Assembly (NCBI GenBank): GCA_902521155.1
Contig: CABYQR010000003.1
Span: forward strand, 602-64,601
Length of the DNA stretch: 64,000 bases
From: an uncultured Alphaproteobacteria bacterium
GTDB taxonomy: Bacteria > Pseudomonadota > Alphaproteobacteria > HIMB59
Direction of reading: 5' to 3'
Position 1 is the stretch's first letter. Each line of letters starts with the position of its first letter. Shown here piece after piece: positions 19,152-29,230 of this stretch. The notes beneath the pieces were generated by a model. It saw only the letters and a program-made list of their open reading frames with translations, made no database searches and was not told the origin of the DNA. The position numbers and the translations under genes were made by a program.

Positions 19152-19918
19152 TAACTAAAATTAAATCAGAAAATCATGGGTTTTATATTATTGAAACATC
19201 AAGCTTTAACTTGGATGCAATAGAAGAGTGCATTAAAAATTCTTTTTATAAAAAACAATACGAAATTGATACTTCTTTTATTAATTTAGCTGCAGAGGGA
19301 GGGACTAAACAAATTTCTATTGAACAAATTAGGAAATTAAAACGGGAATTTCTTCATACAAATGTTTTAAATATAAGCAGAGTTATTTTAATTAGTGAAA
19401 TAAATACTCTAAATAATAATTCAATTAATGCTTTACTAAAATTAATTGAAGAAATCCCATCCAATACTTTTTTTATATTTTGCACCTCTAATCTTTTAAA
19501 AATACCTGAAACTATTATTTCTAGAGCGAGATTATTAAGATTAAATGATTACCAAGATCAATCTAATCTTGAATTGCTTGCTTCAGATATAACTAATCAA
19601 AATCAAAATATTCCAGAAAATGTAATTCAAAATATTATTAATCCTTTTTTAAAATTAAAAAAAGCAGATTTTTTTGAAAGTGTTAAATTTTTCAATAAAG
19701 ATCAATTAGATATTTGCTCTGTAATTTTTTTGAGAATTTTAAACTTTTATTTAAAATTAAATTTTAATAATAAAAAATTATATAAATACCTTTGTGAACT
19801 TCACTCTAGTTACATTTACGATATAGACGAAAGTATTAAATTTAATACATTGACTAATGATTTAATTGCTATTTATTTTACTCGTTTAAACTCTAATTTA
19901 ATTAAATATGCTAAATAA
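19133..19918 (+). CDS. holB: DNA polymerase III delta-prime subunit, shortened
   Basis: ISIEQIR, NALLKLIEE, IPETIISR; position between tmk and metG. Confidence 0.8.
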   Translation: MEINQVITKIKSENHGFYIIETSSFNLDAIEECIKNSFYKKQYEIDTSFINLAAEGGTKQISIEQIRKLKREFLHTNVLNISRVILISEINTLNNNSINALLKLIEEIPSNTFFIFCTSNLLKIPETIISRARLLRLNDYQDQSNLELLASDITNQNQNIPENVIQNIINPFLKLKKADFFESVKFFNKDQLDICSVIFLRILNFYLKLNFNNKKLYKYLCELHSSYIYDIDESIKFNTLTNDLIAIYFTRLNSNLIKYAK

Positions 19919-21428
19919 ATATTTCACAACTCCCATTTATTACGTAAATGATAAACCTCATATAGGTCATGCATATACATCTTTAGCAGTTGATATTTTA
20001 AAAAGATTTTATATCAGCAGGGGAATTGATAGTTTTTTTCTTACTGGAACCGATGAACATGGTCAAAAAGTAGAAAAAGCAGCTATTGATCAGGGAATAG
20101 ATCCTTTAAAATTCACTAATGGGGTATCTCAAAATTTTAGAGATTTAAGTGATTTGTTAAACCTTTCTAATGATGATTTTATTAGAACAACCGAAGAAAG
20201 GCATAAGATATCTGCTCAAAATTTATGGAAAGTACTATTAGAAAAAGATGAAATTTATTTATCAAAGTATAGTGGGTGGTATTCAGTAAGAGATGAAGCC
20301 TTTGTTTCTGAGAATGAAATTGTAGAAAAAGATGGCAAAAAATATAATGGATTTGGCTCTGAACTTTCTTGGGTAGAGGAAGAGTCTTACTTTTTTAGAC
20401 TCTCAAAGTGGCAAGATAAGCTTTTAAAATTTTATAAAGAAAATACTGACTTTATTGTTCCAAAATCTAGGGCAAATGAAGTAATTAAATTTGTTGAGTC
20501 GGGTCTGAAAGACTTATCTGTATCTAGAACTACTTTTAAATGGGGAATAGGGGTTCCTAACAACAAAAACCACATAATTTATGTGTGGTTGGATGCTTTA
20601 ACTAATTATATCTCAGCTCTTGGATACCCAGAAACAGAAGCAGACCTGTTCAAAAAATATTGGCCTGGTATCCACGTGGTAGGCAAAGATATAATACGTT
20701 TCCACGCCATTTTTTGGCCTGCTTTTCTTATGGCCGCTGATTTAAGTCCTCCTAAACAGATAGTTGCCCATGGTTGGTGGACCAATGAAGGTCAAAAAAT
20801 TAGTAAAAGTCTTGGGAATGTTATTGATCCTAATGAATTAATTAATGTTTATGGACTTGACTCCATAAGATACTTTCTTTTTAGAGAGGTTCCTTTTGGC
20901 AATGATGGGGATTTTTCAAAATTAGCTATAAAGAATAGGATTAATGGAGAGTTAGCCAATAATTATGGAAATTTAATACAAAGAATAATTAGTTTTATTT
21001 ATAAAAACTTAGAACAAAATATTGAATTAACAGCAGAAAATTATGATTTTGATATTTTGAAGCAAATTAATAAATCTGAAGCTGAACTATTTAAATTTAT
21101 TGAAAATTATAAGTTTGATGAGTATTTAAAAAAGCTTTTCTTATTTATGAATGATCTTAACAACTATGTAGATAAAACTGCACCTTGGGCCCTTAAAAAA
21201 ACTGACCCAGAGGAAATGAAAAGGGTTTTAGCTAACATCAGCCTTTGTATTATTAGGGTTACCCAGTATTTAAGTCCTTTTATGCCTTTAAAATCAAAAG
21301 AAGTATTTAAACTATTTGACAATTTAGATGATATTGACCTTTTTCATTTTGATAATTTTGAGAAAATAAAAAGTCTAAATCATTTTAAAATCAATAAGCC
21401 AGAGCCTTTATTTACAAAAATTGAGTAA
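19908..21428 (+). CDS. metG: Methionine--tRNA ligase
   Basis: TTPIYYVN, HIGH, GTDEHGQK, YVWLDAL, KISKS. Confidence 0.97.
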   Translation: MLNKYFTTPIYYVNDKPHIGHAYTSLAVDILKRFYISRGIDSFFLTGTDEHGQKVEKAAIDQGIDPLKFTNGVSQNFRDLSDLLNLSNDDFIRTTEERHKISAQNLWKVLLEKDEIYLSKYSGWYSVRDEAFVSENEIVEKDGKKYNGFGSELSWVEEESYFFRLSKWQDKLLKFYKENTDFIVPKSRANEVIKFVESGLKDLSVSRTTFKWGIGVPNNKNHIIYVWLDALTNYISALGYPETEADLFKKYWPGIHVVGKDIIRFHAIFWPAFLMAADLSPPKQIVAHGWWTNEGQKISKSLGNVIDPNELINVYGLDSIRYFLFREVPFGNDGDFSKLAIKNRINGELANNYGNLIQRIISFIYKNLEQNIELTAENYDFDILKQINKSEAELFKFIENYKFDEYLKKLFLFMNDLNNYVDKTAPWALKKTDPEEMKRVLANISLCIIRVTQYLSPFMPLKSKEVFKLFDNLDDIDLFHFDNFEKIKSLNHFKINKPEPLFTKIE

Positions 21429-22200
21429 TTTAATTGATAGCCATGTCAATTTTGGGCATGATCTGCTCAAAAATGATGTCAAAAGAATTTATGAAGAATC
21501 CCTCAATGAAGGAATTGAGAGAATGCTATGTATTAACTCAAACCTTCTTAACTTTCAAAAAGATTTTGAATTAGTTAAAAATCATAAATTTATTGATATG
21601 AGTGTTGGTCATCATCCAAATAGCACAGGGGAAATTGAGTCTAGTGAAATTCCTAAATTTATTGAAAAATATATTAAAGATTCTGATAATAAAATTGTTG
21701 GAATAGGGGAAACAGGACTAGATTATCACTATCAGGTCCCAAGAATAAAACAGATAGAATGTTTCGAACTACATTTAGAATTAGCCTCTAAGTATCATCT
21801 GCCTATTATCGTTCATATGAGAGATGCTGAGGAAGATATGATAGATATACTGAGTAAATACAGGGCAAAACTTTCAAATATTCTCATACACTGCTTCACA
21901 GGCAGTCAAAAATTTGCAAATCAGTGCATTGAAATGGATTGCTATTATTCATTATCTGGAATTATAACCTTTAAAAATGCTGATATTTTAAGGAATGTTA
22001 TTAAAACACTTCCTTTAAATAGGATAATATTTGAAACAGATAGTCCTTATTTAACTCCGGATCCTTTCAGGGGAAAAACAAATGAGCCAAAGTATCTGAA
22101 AACAATTATTGAGAAATATTCAAAAATTATGTCTACTGACCTAGATAATATCAAAAAAGAGAGTACTTCAAATTACAAGAAATTATTTCAAATATTTTAA
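21421..22200 (+). CDS. tatD: TatD family hydrolase
   Basis: IDSHVN, GIGETGLDY, VHMRDA, HCFTG, ETDSPYL. Confidence 0.92.
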   Translation: MSNLIDSHVNFGHDLLKNDVKRIYEESLNEGIERMLCINSNLLNFQKDFELVKNHKFIDMSVGHHPNSTGEIESSEIPKFIEKYIKDSDNKIVGIGETGLDYHYQVPRIKQIECFELHLELASKYHLPIIVHMRDAEEDMIDILSKYRAKLSNILIHCFTGSQKFANQCIEMDCYYSLSGIITFKNADILRNVIKTLPLNRIIFETDSPYLTPDPFRGKTNEPKYLKTIIEKYSKIMSTDLDNIKKESTSNYKKLFQIF

Positions 22201-22204
22201 ATAA

Positions 22205-22987
22205 ATGACTGATAAAATTGAATTAACTGTACTAGGTTGTGGCTCTAGCTTCGGAGTGCCATTATCACATAATATATGGGGAAATTGTGACAGCACTAAC
22301 CCCAAAAATTATAGAACAAGACCTTCAATTTATTTAAAAAAGGGTGATAAATCTATCCTGATAGACACTAGTCCTGATTTAAGACATCAGTTAATTACTA
22401 ACAAAATAGATACAGTAGACGCTGTTATATTTACTCACGCCCACGCAGACCATACCCATGGAATTAATGATTTAAGGTCAATTGCACTAATAAATAAGAA
22501 AAAAATCCCTGTATTTGCTGATAAAAATTCATTAAATACGATTAAAAATAGCTTTTCATATCTATTTACAAAAAATGATAAGCATGGGTATGAGCCTATT
22601 CTTCAAAAAAACATTATTGATAATGAGATATTAGATTTAAATGGATTTAAAATTAGAGTTGTTAAGCAAAATCATGGAAGTACGGACTCATATGGCTTCA
22701 TTTTTGATGATAAATTAGCTTATAATCTTGATATTAAACACTTTTATGATGAAAATTACTTAGAAGGAATAAAGGGCATTAAATGTTGGTTCGTAGGGTG
22801 TTTAAGGTATGAAGATCATCCTTCTCATGCCAGCTATGAGGAAGTTATGAATTGGACCAATAAAGTTAATGCTAAACAAACATTTCTAAGCCATATGACG
22901 GCTATAATTGACTATGATACGGAGTATTCAAAGTTAAGTGCTAAGAACGTGTATCCGGCATATGATGGTCTTAAAATTAGTTTATAA
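22205..22987 (+). CDS. MBL-fold metallo-hydrolase (PhnP-like)
   Basis: LGCGSSFGVP, IDTSPDLR, THAHADHTHG. Confidence 0.9.
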   Translation: MTDKIELTVLGCGSSFGVPLSHNIWGNCDSTNPKNYRTRPSIYLKKGDKSILIDTSPDLRHQLITNKIDTVDAVIFTHAHADHTHGINDLRSIALINKKKIPVFADKNSLNTIKNSFSYLFTKNDKHGYEPILQKNIIDNEILDLNGFKIRVVKQNHGSTDSYGFIFDDKLAYNLDIKHFYDENYLEGIKGIKCWFVGCLRYEDHPSHASYEEVMNWTNKVNAKQTFLSHMTAIIDYDTEYSKLSAKNVYPAYDGLKISL

Positions 22988-22995
22988 ACTTAGTT

Positions 22996-23220
22996 TTAAT
23001 CATGGTCGTGACTAGAGATTTTTTCCTTTAAATTAGTGCAAATCTCATCAGACTCTGCCATTAAAATTGTACTACTTATTTCACACGGAAAATTATAAAG
23101 CTGAGTTTCTGTATTTTCATTCTCTCCATCATTATGAGTAGAACAATTACTAGCTAGTGACAGATTATAAAAACCTGGTATCAATAAAAAAATAATTGTT
23201 AATATTCTGAATAATTTCAT
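22996..23220 (-). CDS. Small hypothetical secreted protein
   Basis: Signal peptide, acidic mature part with 3 Cys, C-terminal HDHD. Confidence 0.5.
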   Translation of the reverse strand: MKLFRILTIIFLLIPGFYNLSLASNCSTHNDGENENTETQLYNFPCEISSTILMAESDEICTNLKEKISSHDHD

Positions 23221-23281
23221 TTTTTACCTATATTATTATTGTCATTAAAATAGTTATTGGATTAAGTTTTTTTTTATTATT

Positions 23282-23309
23282 TATTCCTATAATATATATT
23301 ATGCAACAA
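23282..23309 (+). other. Candidate dif (XerCD) chromosome dimer resolution site
   Basis: TATTCCTATAA-TATATA-TTATGCAACAA has the 11-6-11 architecture with inner ATAA/TTAT. It is intergenic and close to the gene-orientation switch. Confidence 0.65.
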
Positions 23310-23321
23310 ACATATGTATAA

Positions 23322-23783
23322 ATGACAATAAAATCAGTAAGAGCAGAATTAAAAATAAAAGCCCCTAGTTTAGAAATAATTGAGCATAAAACCTCAACAG
23401 CATCAGTTGAACAAGCAGCATTGGCTCATAAAGTACATCCAGGACAGATAGTAAAAACAATAGCCTTAATGGTAAATAAGCCAATATTATTAATGATGGC
23501 TGGGGATATGAAAATAGATAATAAAAAATATAAAGAATACTTTAAAATTAAAGCCAAAATGCTCTCTTCTGAAGAAACTGAAAGGTTCACATCCCACCCT
23601 ATTGGAGGAGTTTGTCCATTTGGACTACCTTCAAAATTAGATATTTATAGTGATATTTCTCTAATAAATTACGATATTGTTATTCCGGCAGCAGGTTCAA
23701 GAAATAGCTCAGTAAAAGTAGCAAGAAAGCTTCTATTAGATATTGTAGACGCAAAACAGATAGATATTTCTGTAAAAAAATAA
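23322..23783 (+). CDS. YbaK/EbsC family aminoacyl-tRNA deacylase
   Basis: QIVKT, HPIGGVCPFG, PAAGS. Confidence 0.88.
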   Translation: MTIKSVRAELKIKAPSLEIIEHKTSTASVEQAALAHKVHPGQIVKTIALMVNKPILLMMAGDMKIDNKKYKEYFKIKAKMLSSEETERFTSHPIGGVCPFGLPSKLDIYSDISLINYDIVIPAAGSRNSSVKVARKLLLDIVDAKQIDISVKK

Positions 23784-23801
23784 TACTGTAAAATTAATAA
23801 C

Positions 23802-24074
23802 TTAATCTATATTCTTAAATTTGGACCTTACTATTTTTGGTGCAGTAGCAAAAGTTGCAGCAGTTATAAAAGTGCCAAAAATTAGCAGAAAGTGAGCTGC
23901 AGCGGTAATCCCAAAAACAACAAATGATCCGAAATATAAGGAGAAAATAATACACCACATCCAAGCTAAAACCTGCATAATTAGGTGTCTAAGGGCCAAA
24001 TCTGGTATTTTTCTTAGAGGATTCCAGTCAGCATCCATAACTCCACTGTACATTTGATATAACATTTTTTTCAT
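23802..24074 (-). CDS. Conserved hypothetical 2-TM membrane protein
   Basis: WNPLRKIPD...RHLIMQVLAWMWCIIFS motif. Confidence 0.7.
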   Translation of the reverse strand: MKKMLYQMYSGVMDADWNPLRKIPDLALRHLIMQVLAWMWCIIFSLYFGSFVVFGITAAAHFLLIFGTFITAATFATAPKIVRSKFKNID

Positions 24075-24153
24075 GATACTTTATACATGCGACAGGAATG
24101 ACCAGATCAAATAAAACTTTAAAAAAAATTATTATTAAATATTCTTGATATAT

Positions 24154-24744
24154 ATGAGAAAAATTGAATTTTGGTACTCTATAGGAAGCACTTACACTTA
24201 CCTCTCTACACAAAGATTACTAAATGTTGAACAGCAAAATAAAGTTGAATTTGAATGGTTCCCATTTAGCGTTAGGGCAAGAATGATTGAAATGGAGAAT
24301 GTTCCATTTATGGCAGAAAAAAAACGTCATAAGATTGATTACATGTGGAGAGATGTTCAAAGAAGAGCAGGTTTTTACGGTTTTGAAGCTAAAGTTCCTG
24401 CACCCTATCCTCTAAAGGAATTTGATTTGGCTAATAAAGTTGCAATATTGGGTAAAAAAGAGGGTTGGATAAATGAATATACAATTTTAACTTATAAAAA
24501 ATGGTTTATGGACCATCAAGAGCCAGGTTTGGAGCCCAATTTAAGCTCAACTTTAAATGAGATAGGTTTAGATGCAGTTAAAACTATAAAATTGGCTCAA
24601 ACAGATGAAATTGAAAAAATATACCTTAAAAATACTGAAATGGCGAAAAACAAGGGTATTTTTGGAAGCCCCTCTTTTGTTGTTGATAATGAGGTATTTT
24701 GGGGTGACGACAGGTGTGAAGATGCCATCAAATGGCTATCTTAA
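24154..24744 (+). CDS. 2-hydroxychromene-2-carboxylate isomerase / DsbA-like (GST kappa) protein
   Basis: IEFWYSIGSTYTYL, YMWRDVQR, GIFGSPSF, FWGDDR. Confidence 0.88.
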   Translation: MRKIEFWYSIGSTYTYLSTQRLLNVEQQNKVEFEWFPFSVRARMIEMENVPFMAEKKRHKIDYMWRDVQRRAGFYGFEAKVPAPYPLKEFDLANKVAILGKKEGWINEYTILTYKKWFMDHQEPGLEPNLSSTLNEIGLDAVKTIKLAQTDEIEKIYLKNTEMAKNKGIFGSPSFVVDNEVFWGDDRCEDAIKWLS

Positions 24745-25281
24745 ATAGTCCTTAAAAAGCATTTTTTTGCGTTTTCAGCTATGTTAAATTTAAAAGTAAT
24801 GCAATTACCTATGAAAAATTATTAAATTTAGTATTGATTTTAATTATATAATGTTGATAATATTTGATCTTCAAAAATAGATTTTTCAACACTTTTCATG
24901 CATGTCGTAATTTGCACGTGTTATTAATCTGAAAATCCCTGATTTTTATTGTTCTTTTATTAAAAACAACAAAATTAACAGTTTAAATATCTAGAATTAT
25001 AATAATTAATGTGGAAATAAAGAACATTATTAAAAAACCTACTAAATTTAATATTTTTTCATATGTCATTTACTCGTACACACAAATAAACTTCAAAAAA
25101 TGTTGTTTTTTGGCAATGCGCTCTCTTTTGCTGGTTTACACTCAATAATTTTACCAACATCGGCTCATTTCCTTTTAAAAAAAATTTAATATAGAAAAAA
25201 AATATATTAAAATAAATTCAGTTAAAACAGTGTTTAATTCAATATAATTATAAATATTATAACTATTAAAAGTACTATATC

Positions 25282-27099
25282 TTAAAAATTTCCAGCTTTA
25301 GAATATTTTTTTCTTTCGTTAGGATCTAAATATTTTTTTCTAAGCCTTAAATTAATTGGCGTAACTTCTAATAGTTCATCAGAATTAATATATGTCATCA
25401 TTTCTTCTAAAGACATGGTCTTTGGAGTTGTAAGATTAACAGCTTCATCGTTACCCGAAGCTCTAACATTGGTTAATTGTTTACCCTTCAATACGTTTAT
25501 CTCTAAATCGTTATCTCTGCTGTGTTCTCCTACGACCATACCTTGATAAACTGGGGTATTATGTTTTACAAACATCACACCTCTGTCCTGAAGCTTCCAA
25601 ATAGCATAAGCAATTGCTTTACCATCACCAGTTGATATTAAAGCCCCTGCTCTTCTCTCAGTAATATCGCCTTTAAATGGCTTATAAGTATTAAAAACTC
25701 TATTAATAACACCAGTTCCTCTGGTATCAGTAAGGAATTTACTTTGATATCCTATTAGGCCCCTTGAAGGTGCAATGAAAAGTAGTCTCGTTTTATCACT
25801 ACCTGACTGCCTCATATCTAACATTTCAGCTTTTCTTTGGTTCATTCCATCAATTACGATGCTGGAGAACTCCTCATCAACATCTATAGTAACCTCTTCG
25901 TATGGCTCGCTTTTAATGCCATCTATATCCTTGTAAACAACTCTTGGTCTAGAAAGAGTTAACTCAAAATCCTCTCTCCTCATGGTCTCTATCAAAACAC
26001 CTAGTTGAAGTTCTCCTCTTCCACCAATTTCAAATGAATCTTTATTTTCATTTTCAGAAAATGTTATGGCCACATTTGTCTCGGCCTCAGCCATAAGTCT
26101 ATTTCTAATTAATGTTGATGTTACTTTTTTACCTTCAGTTCCAGCTAATGGAGAGTCATTTACCATAATATTAACAGACATAGTTGGTGGATCGATTGGA
26201 GTAGACTTTATGGGGGTTGTGACTTCCGTTGAACAAATCGTATCTGCCACTGATGTAGCCGATAAGCCAGCAATACAAACTATATCTCCAGTATTGACTT
26301 CATCGACAACAATTTTTTTCATCCCCTCAAATTTTAAGAGTTTCGTTAATCTTCCTGTTTCAACTATTTTTCCTGATAAATCTATGGAATGGACGCTATC
26401 ATTAATCTTTGCAGATCCCTGTTCTACTCTTCCGACTAAACATCTGCCTAAATAAGGATCTGAGTCTAATAAGGTAGAAAGCATTGCAAAAGGCTTAGAA
26501 TTGTCAACGTCAGGAGATGGAACATGATCAATTATTTTATCTAAAAGAGGTGTTAAGTTTAATCTGTCTTCATTAAGTTCATTAACACACCATCCGCTTC
26601 TACCAGAAGCGTAAAGCACTGGAAAATCTAACTGCTCAGAACTAGCGTCTAAAGAAACGAATAAATCAAATACCTCATTGAGAACATCATCTGGTCTGGC
26701 ATCAGATTTATCTATTTTGTTAATAACAACTATTGGCCTAAGTCCTTGTTTTAAGGCTTTGCCTAAGACAAATTTTGTTTGTGGCATTGGTCCTTCAGAA
26801 GAGTCAATTAGAAGAATAACTCCATCAACCATTGAGAGAACACGTTCAACCTCTCCTCCAAAATCAGCATGTCCAGGTGTGTCTATGATATTAACCCTGG
26901 TGTTATTAAAAATTATAGAGGTTGGTTTAGCTAATATTGTAATGCCTCGCTCTTTTTCCAAATCATTTGAATCCATTATTCTCTCAGTAACCTCTTGGTT
27001 TTCTCTGAATATCCCACACTGTTTTAAGAGGTTATCAATAAGTGTGGTTTTTCCATGGTCAACATGGGCAATAATTGCAAGATTCTTGATTGTGTTCAT
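25282..27099 (-). CDS. typA: Translational GTPase TypA/BipA
   Basis: AHVDHGKTT, ERGITI, DTPGHADFGGEVER, NKID, GRGELQL. Confidence 0.97.
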   Translation of the reverse strand: MNTIKNLAIIAHVDHGKTTLIDNLLKQCGIFRENQEVTERIMDSNDLEKERGITILAKPTSIIFNNTRVNIIDTPGHADFGGEVERVLSMVDGVILLIDSSEGPMPQTKFVLGKALKQGLRPIVVINKIDKSDARPDDVLNEVFDLFVSLDASSEQLDFPVLYASGRSGWCVNELNEDRLNLTPLLDKIIDHVPSPDVDNSKPFAMLSTLLDSDPYLGRCLVGRVEQGSAKINDSVHSIDLSGKIVETGRLTKLLKFEGMKKIVVDEVNTGDIVCIAGLSATSVADTICSTEVTTPIKSTPIDPPTMSVNIMVNDSPLAGTEGKKVTSTLIRNRLMAEAETNVAITFSENENKDSFEIGGRGELQLGVLIETMRREDFELTLSRPRVVYKDIDGIKSEPYEEVTIDVDEEFSSIVIDGMNQRKAEMLDMRQSGSDKTRLLFIAPSRGLIGYQSKFLTDTRGTGVINRVFNTYKPFKGDITERRAGALISTGDGKAIAYAIWKLQDRGVMFVKHNTPVYQGMVVGEHSRDNDLEINVLKGKQLTNVRASGNDEAVNLTTPKTMSLEEMMTYINSDELLEVTPINLRLRKKYLDPNERKKYSKAGNF

Positions 27100-27125
27100 T
27101 GAGATAACAGTTTTATAGATTAAAT

Positions 27126-27788
27126 TTATTCATTTAAAAGCTTATTCTTTGCCTCTGTAATTAGATTAGAAAGGTAATTATTTCCGTCTTTGTCTGGATG
27201 GAATTTTTTCATTAAGTCATAATAAGCCTTTTTAATTTGCTGAGAATTTGCTCCATTTTGTAAACCTAAAATAGAAAAAGCCTCTTCATCGCTCATTTGA
27301 GATGTAGAAGAACCCTGAGGACCATTATTAGATGTTTGATTTATGATAACATTTAAAATATTAAATCCTTTCGGATCATTTTCCTTTAATTCTATTAAAA
27401 GTTTATCTACTTCATTTTTTGATAAACTAGAAAAGCCCCTACCCTTAAATTCACCATTAATAATTTCAATAATTGCTTGTCTAGTCTGAACAATAATTTT
27501 TATACTCAGATATTTAGTATTAATTTTTGGTTTAAACTTACTACCAAAAGAAGATTTACTAAAAAAATTTAAAATACTTAATAAAGAAGAAATTCTTCTA
27601 AAAAAAAGTAATGCGGGAGCTAATGCCACGGGGAGAAAATTTAATTTTCCTGAAAATATTAATAAAGATCCTATTACTACAATAAAAAAAATTATGAAAT
27701 ATTTTTTATATTTATTTGATAGTTGATTGCCAAAAAAAATATAAATACAAACAGCAATTAAAATAATTAGAACTAAAAGTTTAATCAT
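27126..27788 (-). CDS. Membrane-anchored DnaJ-domain protein
   Basis: Two N-terminal TM segments; C-terminal J domain with HPD. Confidence 0.85.
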   Translation of the reverse strand: MIKLLVLIILIAVCIYIFFGNQLSNKYKKYFIIFFIVVIGSLLIFSGKLNFLPVALAPALLFFRRISSLLSILNFFSKSSFGSKFKPKINTKYLSIKIIVQTRQAIIEIINGEFKGRGFSSLSKNEVDKLLIELKENDPKGFNILNVIINQTSNNGPQGSSTSQMSDEEAFSILGLQNGANSQQIKKAYYDLMKKFHPDKDGNNYLSNLITEAKNKLLNE

Positions 27789-28363
27789 CCAAGATTAACT
27801 CTTAATTCTTTTATTTTTTGCTCTCTCCCACAACTAAATTTATAATAATTATATCTTATAGGGTTAATTTTATAGTAATTTTGATGATAATCCTCAGCTA
27901 GAAAAAAATTTTTAAAAGGTAAAATTAAAACCTCAACTTTTTTATCGTGATTAGTCTCGATTACTTCTATTAAATTACTAGCCTCCTCTAATAGTTTTTG
28001 ATCGTTAGAAAATATTGCACTTTTGTATGAATAACCTCTATCACAAAATTGACCACCACTATCAAATGGATCAATATTTAAAAATAAAGATTTTAATAAT
28101 TTTTTGGTGCTTATTTCGTCAGAATTATAATCAATTTTAACAGCCTCTATATGACCAGTTTGCCCTTTAACAACTTGCTCGTATGTTGGGTTATCAAGAT
28201 GTCCACCTGAATAACCGGAGTAAACTTCTTCTACTCCTTCCAACTTTTCAAAAACCTCTTCAACACACCAAAAACAACCGCCAGCAAAATAAACTGATTG
28301 AACACTACTAAATGCTAAAAAGGGTATAAGAATAATTCCTAAAAAATAAAAAAGTATCTTCAT
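27785..28363 (-). CDS. msrA: Peptide-methionine (S)-S-oxide reductase, probably exported
   Basis: FAGGCFWC, GYSGG, GHIEAV, AEDYHQNYY; N-terminal signal peptide. Confidence 0.93.
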   Translation of the reverse strand: MKILFYFLGIILIPFLAFSSVQSVYFAGGCFWCVEEVFEKLEGVEEVYSGYSGGHLDNPTYEQVVKGQTGHIEAVKIDYNSDEISTKKLLKSLFLNIDPFDSGGQFCDRGYSYKSAIFSNDQKLLEEASNLIEVIETNHDKKVEVLILPFKNFFLAEDYHQNYYKINPIRYNYYKFSCGREQKIKELRVNLG

Positions 28364-29202
28364 ATTGAATTTATAAATTCCTTTCTAAGCCTTTGGCTAA
28401 ATGAACCTGGCTTTCCATTAGATATTTTGTAACTATCTACTTTGATTATGGGCATTATAAAATTGGTAGCACTAGTCATAAAAACCTCATCGGCATCAAG
28501 AAGGGCTTTTTTTGAAAATAGTTTTTCTTTAAATTTAAATTTATGGGCTTTTAAAATAGTAATTAATTTATTTCGTGTACAACCTTTTAATATTCTATAA
28601 GTCAGGGGATGTGTGTAGCAAATATTCTTTTTAATAATCCAAATACTTGAGGAATTACCTTCGGTAATATTGTTCTTATGATCAAATAGTATCGCTTCAT
28701 GAGAGTTATTTTTTTTTGCATGATTGGCAGCCATTACATTACCAAGTAAAGAAATACTTTTAATATCTGACCTTAGCCAACGTATATCTGGATATAATGA
28801 TGTTTTAACTCCTTTTAAGGCAAGTTGATCTAGTTTTTTAAAATCTTTTTTAATTGAGTAGATTACTATGTTTGGTTTCATAATATTTTTATATTTATGG
28901 TCTCTTGGATGCTGGTCACCTCTTGTAACTTGAAGATAAATAATACCGTTTGAAATTTTATTGAGTTTTTTAATTTTATGGGAGATATTTTGAATCTGTT
29001 TGCTAGAAAGATTAATTTTAATATTCAGTTTATTTAAGGATGTTCTCAATCTATCAAGATGAAGATTTTCATCGACAAATTTATTATTATAAATTGCTAT
29101 GACTTCATAAACTCCATCAGAAAATTGAAAGCCTCTATCAGTGACACTGATTGATGATTGGCTAAGTTTTTTGTATTTTCCGTTAATATAACAAGCTGTC
29201 AT
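28360..29202 (-). CDS. dat: D-amino-acid transaminase (PLP class IV)
   Basis: DRGFQFSDGVYEV, YLQVTRG, RWLRSDIKS, EGNSS, ILKGCTR. Confidence 0.85.
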   Translation of the reverse strand: MTACYINGKYKKLSQSSISVTDRGFQFSDGVYEVIAIYNNKFVDENLHLDRLRTSLNKLNIKINLSSKQIQNISHKIKKLNKISNGIIYLQVTRGDQHPRDHKYKNIMKPNIVIYSIKKDFKKLDQLALKGVKTSLYPDIRWLRSDIKSISLLGNVMAANHAKKNNSHEAILFDHKNNITEGNSSSIWIIKKNICYTHPLTYRILKGCTRNKLITILKAHKFKFKEKLFSKKALLDADEVFMTSATNFIMPIIKVDSYKISNGKPGSFSQRLRKEFINSI

Positions 29203-29230
29203 GTGAATGTGTTTTGATTATACTAATATC

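Noticed and set aside
24762-24789. CTATGTTAAAT, resembling a XerD arm (second dif candidate)
   Set aside because: The left arm (TTTTTTTGCGT) lacks the XerC-type ATAA inner motif; 23282-23309 fits much better.
24745-25281. Possible oriC (AT-rich, DnaA-box-like words)
   Set aside because: All boxes are imperfect, flanking genes converge rather than diverge, and no origin-associated genes are nearby.
26066-27118. Plus-strand ORFs of 129 aa and 146 aa
   Set aside because: Antisense shadows of the highly conserved typA.
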